A stretch of 60,966 bases of DNA, filler included, from Sphacelaria rigidula (lineage: Eukaryota): NCBI GenBank assembly GCA_964200075.2. It is 7 parts of 7 records of this genome, joined end to end, with 100 filler letters (N's around TTAATTAATTAA, not from the genome) between each part and the next. Parts side by side here need not be neighbours in the genome. Positions count along the whole stretch, not along the records: positions 17,449 to 26,072 come from CAXNAA020010569.1; positions 26,173 to 34,796 come from CAXNAA020010570.1; positions 34,897 to 43,520 come from CAXNAA020010571.1; 4 more parts are not named here. The stretch is one strand, 5' to 3'. A model generated the notes under the pieces. It was not told the origin of the DNA and did not search any database. It saw nothing but the letters and a program-made list of their open reading frames with translations. Each line of letters starts with the position of its first letter. The stretch's first letter is position 1. This document shows, piece after piece, positions 24,420-38,400 of this stretch. The translations under genes were made by a program, and so were the position numbers.

Positions 24420-25300
24420 TACTCTACAGCACGCGATGTTAGCTATATATGTGTCAGTTGGGAATAAAAACTGGACATCCATGCTCCCGTTCATCCAGAT
24501 GGCGTACAACACATCTTATGACAATACAGTACAAGAGACACCGTATTTTTTGTTGCTCGGAAAAAAGCCCAGGTTACCAATCGACATTATAGTCGGCATA
24601 CCTGAGGAAAGCCAAGCCGCGACACCCGAAGAATTCTCCAGAAAAACGCGGGAAAACCTACAGTTTGGATTTGAAATTGGGATAAGAGCTCTACGAGGAA
24701 GAGTGAACGACCCAGAAACCGAAAACAAATCAAAATCGTTCCCAGCGTTCAAACCTGGTCAAAAAGTACTTCTGTACCGACCATACCAGGATTCAGAAGG
24801 GCCTAACCCGAAATTCAATTACCATGGAGAGGACCTGTCACGATGACCGAGAGCCGACCGCCGGTTGTATACAGCATCAAAGTAGGCGACGACTCTAAAG
24901 AAGTGTCAGTATATCTCGCTCATTTGAAGAAATATCCCCCCGAGAGAAACAGCACCGGCACCAGACTTTGACAAGTTGAGCGAGTTGTTCATAGGCAGAC
25001 GGATACCTCTACCGGAGATAGACCAACCAGACGAAACGCTGCACATAATAGAACGTTACACTATCAAAACGGTGGTAGGCCACGCTCCAGGCCCAGGTCG
25101 GAGGAGTCTTTCTAACTAAAGGTATCGGTTGAGACTCGAAGGCTACCGCCCAGCAGCTGACCTCACCTGTCGGGCTGATGAAATACCACAATGTAATAAA
25201 CATCTCATCGATAAATACCGTCATGACAAGGGGTTAGCAGAGTGCTCATATCCGGACTCGAAATCCAAAAATACCGGGAAACGGAAACGCATGTAACTGT
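24420..25300 (+). mobile_element. Decayed Ty3/Gypsy retrotransposon C (integrase C-terminal half plus chromodomain-like tail)
   Basis: WTSMLPFIQMAYNTS...ETPYFLLLGKKPRLP, FKPGQKVLLY, a frameshifted PWRGP, VYLAHLKKY, then IKTVVGH...YRLRLEGY. Confidence 0.85.
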
Positions 25301-26072
25301 TCAACAGACTGTTCGAGCGTCCTAGCAAAACGCTCAAGGGTTGAGCAGTAGCCTGGGATCACAATTTGGAGGTCGATGAGAGTCACAAAAAAAACGACGT
25401 TAGAACAATGCAGACATGAACGAAATAATATCTGGCATGTCAGCGGTGACGGGGGTGCAACTTCCCGAGGAATATAGCCTCTCAGCAATGGGGGTAGTTG
25501 CCGACAAGAAGCGAAGGTCATTTTGACGATGTTTAGCCAAAAGAGCACAATGCTCACAGGCCGAAGACATCATTAATATCCACCGCTTTGTTACTAACGC
25601 GAGGACTTAGTCCTACCCCGGTGTTAGCGGAATCAAAGGCATCCCAGAACCCGGGCATAAATACCCAGGCGCCCGTGGACCGTCCAGCGTCCTAGTGCCC
25701 AGTCATGCATAACCAACAGACGCAAAGCAGCAATAAAGTGCAAAAAGGCATCTGATGGAAATATGTCACACATGACACAATTACGTGACAAAAAAAACAA
25801 AATCAAAGGGTTTGCAATGCATGACGCACTGTTACTGATCACAGGTAGCTAAAATTTACTGGGGGTGTTTACTCAACGCCACAGTATAGAAAAGGGCTAC
25901 CTTTGCGATTAGCGGTGGCATGACCCAACCAATGATTTTCACTCACAGACACTTCCACGATTATACCATCAGCGAAGCTGATGATCGCCTCGTCCCACCA
26001 GCCACAGCCCTGATGGGCTCGAGGCGCATGGAGGGGGGGGAGGGGGGGGGGGGGGTGTTATCCTTTGTTGTT

Positions 26073-26172
26073 NNNNNNNNNNNNNNNNNNNNNNNNNNNN
26101 NNNNNNNNNNNNNNNNTTAATTAATTAANNNNNNNNNNNNNNNNNNNNNNNNNNNNNNNNNNNNNNNNNNNN
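26073..26172. other. Artificial contig spacer
   Basis: Same 100-bp linker. Confidence 0.98.
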
Positions 26173-26204
26173 TTTATTACGTGATGTCGGGGCGATGGGT
26201 GTGT

Positions 26205-26239
<35 letters not shown>

Positions 26240-26634
26240 GTCAGCGCAAAAATGCTGGCAACAGTTATCATGCGTACCCGAAGGGCTTGACTTGTTACCC
26301 GACATCTCCATTGACAAACGATGACTCTGTGGTACGGGACGTCCGTATGGTGTCACTGTCCACGTGCACGAAAGATGCTAGCAGCCGTTTCAGTCACGGA
26401 CGAAAAATTATGAGAAGGGGCATTCGTCAACAGAAAAAAATGACGTTGGCAGGAACGGAAACAATATCATAGCGACACCTTCGCAATTCTCAAACGTCTC
26501 GCCCACCCGGAACTCAAGTCCAAACAAGAAACAAAACAAGCGCACATGGCTCATCTGACCAAATATCATCGTTCAGTAAGAACAGAAAACAACATATGCA
26601 CGACCGGTCTTGAGCGGAAACTGCAAAAACATAC

Positions 26635-29600
26635 CTGATCTACGTCTGGCGTGCTGAAGGAGGCGACAGGAAGAAAGCCCTCTTGCACCTCTTCCACGAA
26701 TTCGATCTTGTAATGCGAAAAGGAAAGGGACGAAGGAACGAGGGGACGCCAAATCTTGGGAAAAAAATAAAACGAATGGAACTAAAGAGAAGACCATTGA
26801 AGAGCCCACAAACACAAAACGGCTGGAGAACGGAGAGTCTACACATAACGACTATCGCAGTGTGGATGACGCTGGCGAAATCACGAATAAATTGTTATGA
26901 GAAAAGGCACAAGTGGAGTAATAGCGGTATCACATGAGGAGAAAGACGAAATCCCACGAGAATACATGCAGTAAACGACGGAAAATGGGAAAACCCATGA
27001 ATCCACGGGGAGCTCTATCTTCAAACGGTCCGAATGTTACGTATACGCTTGGGAATATTATGGAACCAACACGCGGACGACACAACTTTGACGTACAAAT
27101 GACAATTGGCATACATATTAACCCCATCCAAACAAACAGCTTCGACTGCAGAAACCTATACCTTGCGCTGTGTTGCGCTCAACATTTCGCAACACCAACA
27201 GCAAATTGTCGTATTGGTCAGTGTTTGACGGAATGGGTGCTCGCGACGATGCACTACCGTGCAATCAATATCCGCAGATCCCGGTCGACAACGCTACATG
27301 ACACATACTGTACCTGCGCATACGAGTACCATGCGACTCAATATATATATATCGACAATCGACTAAGTCGTTGGTGGTGTGTCACGCTGACGAACCTCGG
27401 AGATGGTGAGCGTCTGCCCCGTGCTGGTGAAAAGCGAGTCGATCTCGATAGTCCTAGTCAAGAAGTCAAACTCAAAGATCTCGAAGCCGTCGGTGGATCC
27501 GGAGCTGGATACCGTCAATTCGAACTGTTTCGGTGCGTCGACACACCACGTCCCCCCCCCCCGCCAAGGGAAACATCAACGGGGACGGAGGGTGAAAGCA
27601 ACGCATATTAGGGAACGGACAGGTGACACGTACAGAATTGCTGAATTGATGAAATGCCGATGTACTGACGAAACACGTCCACGTGCCATCTACACCGATA
27701 GCTGTACCCCAGAACTAGATGGTACCAACAGTGTAGCGCGTGGAACGAAGGAAGGCGAGACCGCGTGAAACGAAGGGAGACGGGGCCGGCTACCGGAGCG
27801 AGGATATCACAACGTATCTTCCCATTTCATGCGGTGTACTTCCTTGATAGAGAATAGAGCGTCCACAGCATGAACAAGACAACCCTTCAAGGGTGTGTTG
27901 GGTAGGGTTTGCACTTTTGGGTGCCCGGGATTAGTACTCGGGTATGTACTCTACCCATTCGATTGGGTACGATCTCGAACACTTCACCCAAATATTGGAG
28001 CATAGGTGAGTATGATACTAATAGTCCACCCAAATCTTGGGTAAGTACACTTAGAAATACACGGGTAAAGACTAGTACTTGGGAATGACCCCAATACTCG
28101 TCCCAAATCTTGGATATCGTTGGGTAGAATCTTGATGCTCTCCCAAAATGTAGGGAAGTCTAGGTATGATCTCAATCCTCTACTGAAACATTGGGTAAGT
28201 TCTCTCACGGACACCCGGATATAGAGTATCACTTGGGTATGGCGTCAATACTCAAATTTTGGGTAGGGTCAGGTATGATCCCTATGCTCTACTCAAGTGT
28301 TGCGAATAGAGGGGCGGTCCTGAGCGAACGGCGGCGAAAGCAGACATGAGAGCAAAACCAGGTACGGTTTCGGAGAGAACTGATTTCGAAGGGAAAATTG
28401 TGGGAAGCACAGATGAAAACTTGGAGTAGGACGCACAGTGTAGTGCTATCAAGAGCCGCCACGGCCGGGTGGTCTAGCTGGTTCGTTGTGGAAGCAGTGG
28501 GTGCGGAGTAGGGGATTCGATCCACGGAAATCTCTATTTTTCGACGAGGTTTCTCCCAAGGGGTATCTGTTTTCCGTCTCTAAAAACGAGAGGGCATGAC
28601 TAGCGAACCTCTGATAAAAGTCGAGGCTGCCCATGAGTGCTGATACAATCCGCGACACGAGAATTTCAGACTTAAACCGGGGGAGAGACGGGTTGCTGCC
28701 TTCGCACCCCGGATTTGTGCCGAAAAAAGGGGGTGAGGGTGGAGAATAGATTGCTAAGAAAACCATGCTTGTTTGCGACATAGCACGGCACAAAAATGAG
28801 ACAGCACGACAGTCCACTCACGTTGTCACCGGCCTCAAAGTTTGGAGTCCTTCCTGTAATCATCATATCCACCGCACCACCATCGCCGTCGGATGCAGCT
28901 GATACGTAACGGCGCAAGAACGAATATAAAAGCAAAATAAACGACAGAGTTTCATAGCTTGCACGAGGTTCTTCATCTACGGCAGCCCTACGTAGGGATC
29001 CCAAAATTCCCTGCCTGCAGAAACAACATCACACGGAAGGCACTGCCACGCACAACCCTTGTGAGGGCGAACTCCAGGTAATATATGGAGCCTAAGGTGA
29101 CCTTCTGGAGTTGTACGGAGAAGCAGCTATAGGAAGAACTGAGGTGGATCCAGCGCGCGCTAGAACAGCTCTCAGGAGGGAAGCACACGGATATGTGGAC
29201 ATATTCGACAGACGCACGATAACCTTGCACACCGCTGTACACCACGCATGGCACACCACTATTAAGCGCGGGACTAGGAAAAACAAGCACGCATGTGGCA
29301 AAGCTCACCGATCTTGATCTGCTTGATGCGTCGGTAGTAGTCCAATTTGAAGTTGAGATCGCACTGGGCCGTGAAAGTCCTTGAAAAATCTCCAGTGCAC
29401 GCCCACACCGTTGAAAAGTCTCCGTCCTGAAAGTCAGGAACAACATCAAAGCATGAAAGCGTAGCACGACATCCGTAAGTTCGCCAGCGTAATGGAAGCA
29501 TAGCTTTGCACGAGCTATTCGTTCAGAAGTTAACCGTAAGCCCCAAACGTGTGTTGATAGAGGGGTGCTGTGAACAAATCGTACCTGCGTAGAGGCTATA

Positions 29601-32600
29601 CTAGGCCACGACATCACTAATCACGATTTCGGCTCCTTCATGTGCAAGCTGAACTCGGAGGAGCACTGTCCCCTTCTAAAATGAACAGAAGAGTCACATC
29701 AAGCTTCGGCAGGAGGAAAGACATGCAAGCAGAAGCAATTGCGTAGTATTCTGTCAACGCATTGTGAAACAATTAGTGCCGAAACGTTCAAAGCCCGTCA
29801 GCGCCTCAACACCTTGTTGTACCTACTGCAATATCATCCCGCCATGAACAACTGAGAACGGAGGTTGCAGCGATAAAGCCGACACTAAAAATACGCCGAG
29901 CACACGCCGGCGACCGCAAGTCATACGCACACAAGCAGAATGGCGCGTACTTCTCATCAAAAACACAAACCACACCTCCACACGCAAGTATACTTTTCAG
30001 TAGACATAAAACTGGTTAGTATAGGACATTGACTCTTAGGCACAACGGCCCCTTTGCACACCTTAGCATAAGAGGCTTCCACGTCCGTACCGTCTCCGTA
30101 GGCCAACGAAGTAAGACCCACTGGTTGTAGCTCTCCTTCGGGAGGGGAGTCAATGTTGGTGGGCGCGGGGGTGAGGCTCGGGGCGGGCGTCGGTGGGGTG
30201 CTGCCGTCATCGGTCGACACGACCAGGATCTCCGCCTATGTGTTTTGATCGAATGGTATTCGACGACAAACAAGAAGCGTCAAACGTGGGCAAGAAAACA
30301 CTCGAGTTAGCTTCAGCGAACGGCTCCAGAATCCTGCGAGAAAGGATATCATCGGGCTAGCTTTGGTCATGAAAACACTCGACTGGCGTCGACGAACCAA
30401 GGTCCGGAGAAAGGTTGGCAAGATACGGTCGATCGGCTTCGACGAGGCACGACACCGTATGGGCAAACAGGCATACACTGGAATCAACGAAAGAATACTC
30501 TGGTGCTCGACGCAAGCTCGATCTGGGTGATGCAGAGTCACGACTCCGCCACTTGTCTGGGCCTCATTGGCCAAGAAGACTCGGAGCAACAGGGATTCGA
30601 CTGAACGAACTCAGGTAGGTCTCCCCCGCATACACCACCGGGCAAAACAGAGTCAACCGAGGAGAATAAAAACAAAGTATTCGTCGCTTCGCCTGTTTCT
30701 GGCAACGTGCTCTCAAAGTAACACGCTCGAGGAAACCCATGTGAGTATCGCTAGAACCCGTTTGGAGCCAAGCACAGCTACAGACAATAATGTACTCTAG
30801 ACCTTGTATACCCACAGCAAACCACGAACAAACTCGCACAAGAACCCTGACGAGCTACTTCTTCTCAAAGTCGAAAACAGACCAACGACGACCGCACCTC
30901 AATTATGCTGAGCCATTCCGAGTTCTCTAACACCCCTGTCACGGTAATCACTTGCCCCTCCGTCTCGGACAAGTCGATGTCCTCCAACTCCTCCGTGGAA
31001 CCCGAACTAGTCCAGGTGGTGACGAGCACATCGTCTACGAGTATATCCATCGTTCTCATTCTCGTGGTACCCTTGAACATCGCTGGAGCGCAGTAGGAAA
31101 ATAGAATTGCGCGGTAAGCGTGGGATGAAAGCTGAAAACCGATCAACTCAGGTGTGGTGTGCTTGCTCAAACGCGAAGACGCCGCGGGAGACGCCGAGAA
31201 TGCGACCGAAACATAGCGGTCTGTAGCACCAGAATATAATGGCAAATATGTTTCGGTGAGCCATAGAGGTACTTTCAACCCTTGTGCCCATGAGCTACTA
31301 CATGATCGCCCACCTGCATCTCGTATTCTCGCCTTCATTTTTCAACAAACCCTTGTATTCTCTTACCCAAACGAAGTTGCGACAGCTCGCGAACGGCGCC
31401 GAGGTCGTAGGATATGGTGCACGGACCGCCGAGATCGGGCTTGCATGACCAGCGAGATCCTTCTGTGAAGTCACGGTCCTGTTCAAGGTACAAAAGGAGA
31501 GATGAGGACGGGAGGGATAGATATCAAGTTGAGTAATGCCGACACGGCGTTCGGTAGCCTCGTACCTCGCGCGTTGTAGATACGCCGGACATATGACACG
31601 AGATAACTTTGCCAAGCAAATAAAATCGTACGCTACCGTGTGCGGCGGCTGTGGAATCCGCGCAACAAGACCATCTTGTGTGGTCCTATTCGACGCAAGC
31701 AGCGCACAACTACGTCGGTCGGTGTACAGTACACCGTTGCACTCCGAGGACGCGAATCGGGCTATGTACTGCTCTGCCCGCTCAACTTACTCTAGTGAGG
31801 TCAGCCGTGCATCCGGCAGGGTCGCATCCGTTAGCAGATGCGACGTTGGTGTCGTAAACTCTCGCCGTGGTGACGACGGTTCCAAGCGATCCAGCCTCTA
31901 CCAGGTTCGTGGTTGAATCGTCACCGTCGTCGGCCATTATCTCCACCTTGCAGTGGTACGACACAGCACGCGAAGATAAGGTCGCCGGCGGAAAGGTATT
32001 TGGACAAGGCCAAAAGATGCGTTTTGCGGTCTTACCGTAAACATGCAGTGTTTAGAGCAGCGTACTGCAGGGTATTTCAGATCAAACAAGGGGTGAGTGC
32101 TTGTAAACAAACAATAGATGTAGCTTGGTGCAATCTCATCAGTCTCGCTCAGTAATGTGGTAACATCGTACATGCGCTACAGGAAGTAGACGCGCTTTTG
32201 TCGCAGCGGCGTGCATCCAATACGCACTTCAGCCTGTTTGCCGTGCGAGTTTTCATCTGATGAAGCAGTAGTATTGGGCACACGAACAAAAATCAGCACT
32301 GCCCCGAGCACGACGCGATGAGTGTAGTACGGGGCAATGAGTGCAGGACTCAGCACCTTCAGCGCCGTATATTTTAAAGCCATTATCGAGGGGGCAAAAC
32401 TACATCGCAGCGAGAAAGGCATGTTCTACCATAGGTGAGGCCAGATGTGAGCCAAAGGCGCACATGAGGGGCTTTGGTATTCCAGGATTGACAGTGTATA
32501 ATTAATGGAGGACAATGCTCCCGATAGCATCGTCATGTAGCACATCGACGCATGCGCAGAAGGTGGAAAATAGATCCCAAAATGCCGCATCGTCAGCGCA

Positions 32601-33510
32601 AACTCCTTACTCTCATCGCAGAATGAGGGATCAATTGATTGTCGCACATCACTGTAGCTGATTCTCAAGGGATCCAGTCAAGGTCACGAGACGGACGTAC
32701 CCAAGGTGAATAAAACGGAAACACCCAGGACAGGAACCTCGAGAAAAAGAGAAGAGTACACAAGGCGGAATTGGGGGCTCGATGCTGCTTGGACAAATTT
32801 TCAATCCGAGCGAGCGAAGCAAATCGTGCGGGTGTAGCCGGTCGCTAGCGACTGCCGACATACCCATGTTAGGGCCTACCTCTAGTATGCTAAGCCACTC
32901 CGAGTTATCGAGGACACCGCGCAATTCCACTGTCTCCCCAACAACATCGAAGTCTACGGCTTCCAAATCCGTCGTGGTGCCCGAGCTCGCCCAAGTAGTT
33001 ATCAATGCGTCGTCGACGTATACCTCCATGGTCCTGACCCTTTCGTCTCCTTCATACATCGCTGGTGGTCATTAGGCGGCCAAGCGGAACAAAGAGAGAG
33101 GATTACGACCGTGTGTCAACCCGAGCAAGTCGGTAACGCCTTGCTGCGTGGTCCAAACAACAGAAAACACCTGGCTACGACTACCATAAAACCTACCAGG
33201 TAATTTCTCAGCCTTGACGACTGCATTTCGACCCCGCTCGAGTTCACTATTTCCACCGTTGATCGCTTCACGTCTTATTTTTTGGCAACCTCTTGCTCCT
33301 GAGCACCACTCCGAGTGATCTTTGGGTTGAGATATTCAGCTCGTCGTAGCCCAAAGATCAAGAGTACTGCGACATTAGACACGTCTCACCAACGGCAAGG
33401 CCGACGAGGGTGAGCGGGTCTTCGAAGGTGTACGTGATAGAGCATACCAAGCTTGCGCTCAGGTCGGGCTTGCACGACCAGCGGGAGGTTTCATCAGTAG
33501 CGTCGTTGTC
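26635..33510 (-). CDS. Multi-exon gene with tandem F5/8 type C (CBM32/galactose-binding-like) domains, partial. Exons 33510-33390, 33061-32880, 31946-31791, 31478-31367, 31082-30898, 30235-30062, 29426-29309, 28898-28822, 27524-27396, 26706-26635
   Basis: All ten exons have AG/GT boundaries with compatible phases and splice into one frame. Repeated motifs include SRWSCKP, C.I.Y.L, AM(Y/F)(E/K)G..R.RTM..VDD...TTW.SSG.T..LE and LENSEWLSI.EVEI. These resemble CBM32 modules of alginate-active enzymes. Start and stop were not located. Confidence 0.85.
27890..28300. repeat. Intronic repeat rich in TTGGGTA/ACCCAA motifs, probably a non-autonomous TE
   Basis: Many TTGGGTA and CCCAAA(T) motifs in both orientations. 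Confidence 0.5.
28460..28730 (+). mobile_element. tRNA-derived SINE-like element, family C (intronic)
   Basis: A-box TGGTCTAGCTGG and B-box-like GATTCGATCC at tRNA-like spacing, with a short A-run end. Confidence 0.45.
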
Positions 33511-34796
33511 CTGTTGATAAGGCATGCAGATGCGTGGTAGCAGGCGACAGGGTTCAGCATGGGTTGTGTGGGTCATGTCATGATGACCTTCAAAGCTTCC
33601 ACGAAACCATGGTGCAGTCCAGTCGACGAAGCCGGCCGTCAGCACACGGCTACACCGTATTTACCGATACGCGAAAATATTGGCTATCACATCGAAAGAA
33701 GCGCGCTTGCAGGTACACCTTGTGACTTTACATGATATATGTACTCTCTCGAAGAAGAGCGCCATGAAATCGTGGTTCTTTCGTGAGTGTATCAAGTCCC
33801 AGGTATCCTTTTGACGAATGACTTCTTGAAATCACAAACATCAGCCATCGCAGACGGCGCATCCACAGACGTGACACAGGCCAACAGTACAACCGCCCGT
33901 CGCCGAGACAGCCTACCTCCCCTACCTAAGCAAAGCATTACTCAAGCTGCAGGTGTTGACCGCCCCCCCGCGATGCTCTTCTTAGGTCTGGGAACGTTTA
34001 AATATGAGAATACATTCAATGATTTTAGTCTTGAACGCGCCGCAGAAACGCACGCTCAAAAGCTCGAAAACTGCATTTCCGACAACGTTTCATTTTCGCA
34101 CGCACTCTACCGCTCCCCCTCTAGTACTGAAGGCAATTTTGTCAAACAGCAAGGACTACCGGGTGTAGGTGAGCACGAGCTGGCGCCGTAGCGAATGCAC
34201 TCCACGTGAGTCTGTGCGGGATCGTTCGAGGGTCTGACGTAGGTCATATTCATTATTTTTGTCACTTTTTTCATGCCACTTTCCCACACCTGTTGGACGA
34301 ACAACCAGCGAAGACACGTTGCGATGGCTATTGGTGATCGTTTGGTACACCTGAACAAATTGTTCTCGATTGCATTGGACGCCGGTCGCTTAGGAAACTG
34401 CAGTCGCGCAGGATCTCGATTGCATATCGTTGTTTGTTTCGTCTCGAAAATACGTGGCCATGATCCTCGTTACGGTAGTGCCTCGTCTTGGACCCGAGTG
34501 TTCTCTTAACAGCCCCGTCATGTTGCCCGTTATCTAAACTCTACCCCTGCAGCCACAGTAGACCCGGGTGCAATGGTGCTCTGCGCGATAGGTGCTGATT
34601 GCAGTGATCTTGCTGCACAAAAAAGGTCAGCACTTTTGCACGCTTGAACAACACACGGATGACTAGCGAGACGATCGACAATAGCTCGAGTGATGGGCAA
34701 AAGTAGACACCTTGTAAAAAAAGCACGGTTAGGACAAATCATCACGACTCAAAATCACCAATTTCACGATTTCTTCCGCCCGATTGCCCGAAAGGG

Positions 34797-34896
34797 NNNN
34801 NNNNNNNNNNNNNNNNNNNNNNNNNNNNNNNNNNNNNNNNTTAATTAATTAANNNNNNNNNNNNNNNNNNNNNNNNNNNNNNNNNNNNNNNNNNNN
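34797..34896. other. Artificial contig spacer
   Basis: Same 100-bp linker. Confidence 0.98.
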
Positions 34897-36529
34897 CGAC
34901 TAACACTAAAACGAGTATGTTTTAATTTCAACCATTTTTTCCTACCAGTTGGTAACATCTGTTACTCCATATTACAAACCATTATGTTTACGTTAGCTAG
35001 TGTACGTGCGTTTTTGTATGTCCCCTCGCGGAGATGTCCATTTACCATTTACAATGTTAAACGGCATTAATTATTTGATTAATATAATTAGCATCATTTT
35101 TTTTTTAATGATGCCGATTCTACGAACGGACTCAGGGCGTGTCTCTGCACATTAGTTTTTGATCGAAAATGTGCGGTGGAAAAGCGGTGGAAAATGAAAG
35201 TCCAGATGTGATAGGTGGTAATTTCAACCGTTGTCGAAAACTTCGAAGATGGTTGAAATGGCGACTCAACGGATCGGGATTTCCACCGTACAATTTCGAT
35301 CGAAAACTAATGTACTACGAGTAAAACTTACCGGCGTCGGGCTACACATTTCGATGGTTGATATTACTTGATTTGAGTCTGTAGACAGAGAATCAGATAT
35401 GTTGTAGTAGAGCTGACTGTCCCGTGTGCTCCTCGCGTGCGCAGGACTCGTTTTCGTTGAAATCGGCGCCGATTTAGGGTCTACCAAGGCCGCACTTTGC
35501 CTAGGGAATGAATGCACCGCCCTTGCCCGAGTGTTCTCGCTGTGTTGGCTGGTAAAGCGCGCGTTGCCAGAGCTGAAATCGACGCCTTTTAGCCGATTTT
35601 GGACCAAAACACGTTCGGCACGAGCTGGGTCTACTGCTCACCACTGCTCACCTGCCCCAGACCATAAACGTTCTCAGAACTTTCTTCATTCTGAAATCAA
35701 GTAAAATCGAATACGAACCGTTATTTGCGTACATTTCGTGGGGTCTACTGTTCCAAAGTTTACTATACAATAGTAGTAGTAATTCACTGATTGATTGATT
35801 TTCGGAGCTACATATTATATGACCCCCGGGACCTGTCTACCCAACGGTTTAGTGTGATCATGAGAAAAGGTTTGCACTGACGATTGTAAGCAATCATGTA
35901 ACTACACACGGAGGCCCCTTAAGACCACTTAGCAGGGCTACTGCTATCCCGTGCAGGTCTGTCACGCTTGACCGTGACCACCACCTCAGCCAAGTGTTGA
36001 GATATCCCCACTTCCTGATTGGATAACCATCGAGAGTTCATGCTCACGTTGACGATCCTTTTCGAACTAGAGGTGGACGACTTGACGGACCTGTCGTCGA
36101 TGTTCAAGGGAACCGGACCGCAAATCGTGGTGAGTTTTCGCGCGGATATTTACAGACAATCGTGGAACATCCCTTGACATCCCCGATGTGGCAAACCCAG
36201 CAGTGTATTCCGTCTCAATGTGCGCGACGTCGTCGTGCATTGTCCGCCTTGTGAAGCTCACATTCACGTCAAATCAACGGACAAAAGGATGCGGGATTGT
36301 GGTGACGGTGGGCCGCCGACTCGTCCATTCTTAGCCTCGAGCACAGCCGTGACCACAAACAAACTGTCTGTCTGCTGATCTACGCGTCTCTCCCGCATAC
36401 GTTCCCGCCGACTCCCTTGTGTGCAGCCTCTCGAACCCAGCTGACAGGGCTCAAAGACACTCGCAAGGAGATACCACAAAACTGGACAACAATACAGAAA
36501 CGCCCGCGCCATCGTCGTAGAAAGTCGCC

Positions 36530-36745
36530 ATGTCGGTTGATGTGTCAGATCTGATCGGGGGCAGGGGCAGGGGCCCCCTTCCAAAACCGTCGTCCGACAC
36601 TGTGAACAGTATGCAGACTTCGAGGAACGGACCCGACGGGGCAGCTGGTCTGGGTACAGTGGAGATCGGCATGAGCATTACAGGTCCAGCTGATGCCTTT
36701 TCTGACCTCAGCGATTCTGGCGGGGAAGATGACATCCTGCGTGAG
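36530..36745 (+). CDS. Probable first coding exon of an unknown gene
   Basis: GTCGCCATGT start context, 72 codons (MSVDVSDLIGGRGRG...SDSGGEDDILRE) and a GAG|GTGAG donor. Downstream exons could not be chained reliably. Confidence 0.45.
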
Positions 36746-37383
36746 GTGAGCTTGCTGTTCACCTGTAGAAGAGCAGTTTTTTTAGGTCGGCAGACGAGAT
36801 GAACATTCGGCTGTAGCGTGTGTGACATCATAGTCACTGCAGTTACAACCACACTCCACCGTAGGGCGTCCGGCGGTCAACATCGGTGCCGCTAAACGAG
36901 AGCAGTCCCCGCCGAGGCCATTTGTTTATCAGCGATGCACATCACACCTCCACAATGTGAGAGTGGAGCGTCTCAGCCCTGAGTAAAGATTGAGTGGAAA
37001 AGCTCGTCGTAGTCCCTGGATTTATCTTGAACCAGCGGACGTAGGCGTGCATCAACACCCACGCAGAAACGAGACTGCACCAGAACGGAAAACCAAGAAC
37101 GATCCCTGACAGAAGATGGGGTTCCGTGCCGTACGTCACCTCAACTGGCTGTGAATGCCATGAGCAAGATGAAAGATATTCCGAATATTGCACACTCAGG
37201 AGGACATGAATCATGATTCGTCCGCATTCAATTTTTGCCCGAATCAGTCTGGCGATTCTCACGAGAAGTGTGGGCTGTACCGTACATGATGCCACAGGGA
37301 GGAGCCGTTCTATCGACATCCGGCGTGGCGTACGCTCGAGCTTTGTGTGTACAGTTATGTGTAGGAATGGAGGCCGATTTTGG

Positions 37384-37815
37384 GGCACAACGCCCATACA
37401 TGGGGATGAACTCTTGTGGTGGGATGTGAAAATCAACCAATCAGAGGCCCTCCAGTGAGGAATCGGCGGAATCTAGCGCCAATGAAATGCGACCCTCGTC
37501 GTGAAATACGTGGTGAAGAATGCCTTGTGATTGGCTCGCAGGCCCGGGCCACACCTGTAGTGTACGCCGAGATGGATAGAACAGCAGAAAAACCGAGCTG
37601 CAAGTAGACAACCAGGCAGCGAGTGGTACACTGCCCCCGTAGTGGGTCATTGCGACGCTATTGTATCAGTAAATATATCCACATCTTGATACTCGTATGA
37701 CTGGTTGTGTCTTCTCGTGGCCGCGAGCGCTGGCCCAGATGCCAACGGCAGCAGCTGTCATGCTGACGGGTGCAAGCAGTACCCTGGCGGTGCAGTATAT
37801 CCGCACTATTGTGCT
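37384..37815 (+). mobile_element. ~0.9-kb non-autonomous TIR element, copy 1 (3'-truncated)
   Basis: Begins GGCACAACGCCCATACATGGGGA and is collinear with copies 2 and 3 for ~430 bp. Confidence 0.85.
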
Positions 37816-38400
37816 GGCGGCTGCTTCATGTCATAACTCCCTTGCGGGAAAAGGAGTATGCGCAGCGATTTTTTTGAATTTGCCATCTTCGACCTCGAAA
37901 GACGCTACTTATCCTCAACCAAAAAGTGCCGATCGCGCAATGCTTACAACTCGGGAACAAAGCGGAGGATTGGACTGCGGTTTTTTGCGTGCGCTTCCCA
38001 CACACGCAAGCTATGTCGCCTAGTTTGGTTTCTGCGATTGCGCGTGATGCTGACTCGCAAATGACCTAAATATACCAAAATGTGTTTTTTGCCCTGGGAG
38101 GTGATTTCCGTGCCGCTGACGCGAGGCCAGCAAAATGTCAAACCAGATCCCCTAGATCTTGTGTGTGTGCAGTGGGCTGTCAAGTGGGGTGGGCCAGCTT
38201 GCTTCCTGTGTCGAGAACCGAGCGATCTCCAGTGCTACAGCTTTCCCATTCTACACCAACTTGATGAGTGATGAAGCATGTGTTGTGTTCGTGAGGGCCT
38301 CGGCACAGGTCCGACAACTTACTGACGTGTTAACTATTCCTCCGCTCTATTTCTTATTTCAAATCTTGTGTCGATTTTTGGTCGTCAGGGCCCCCAATCC

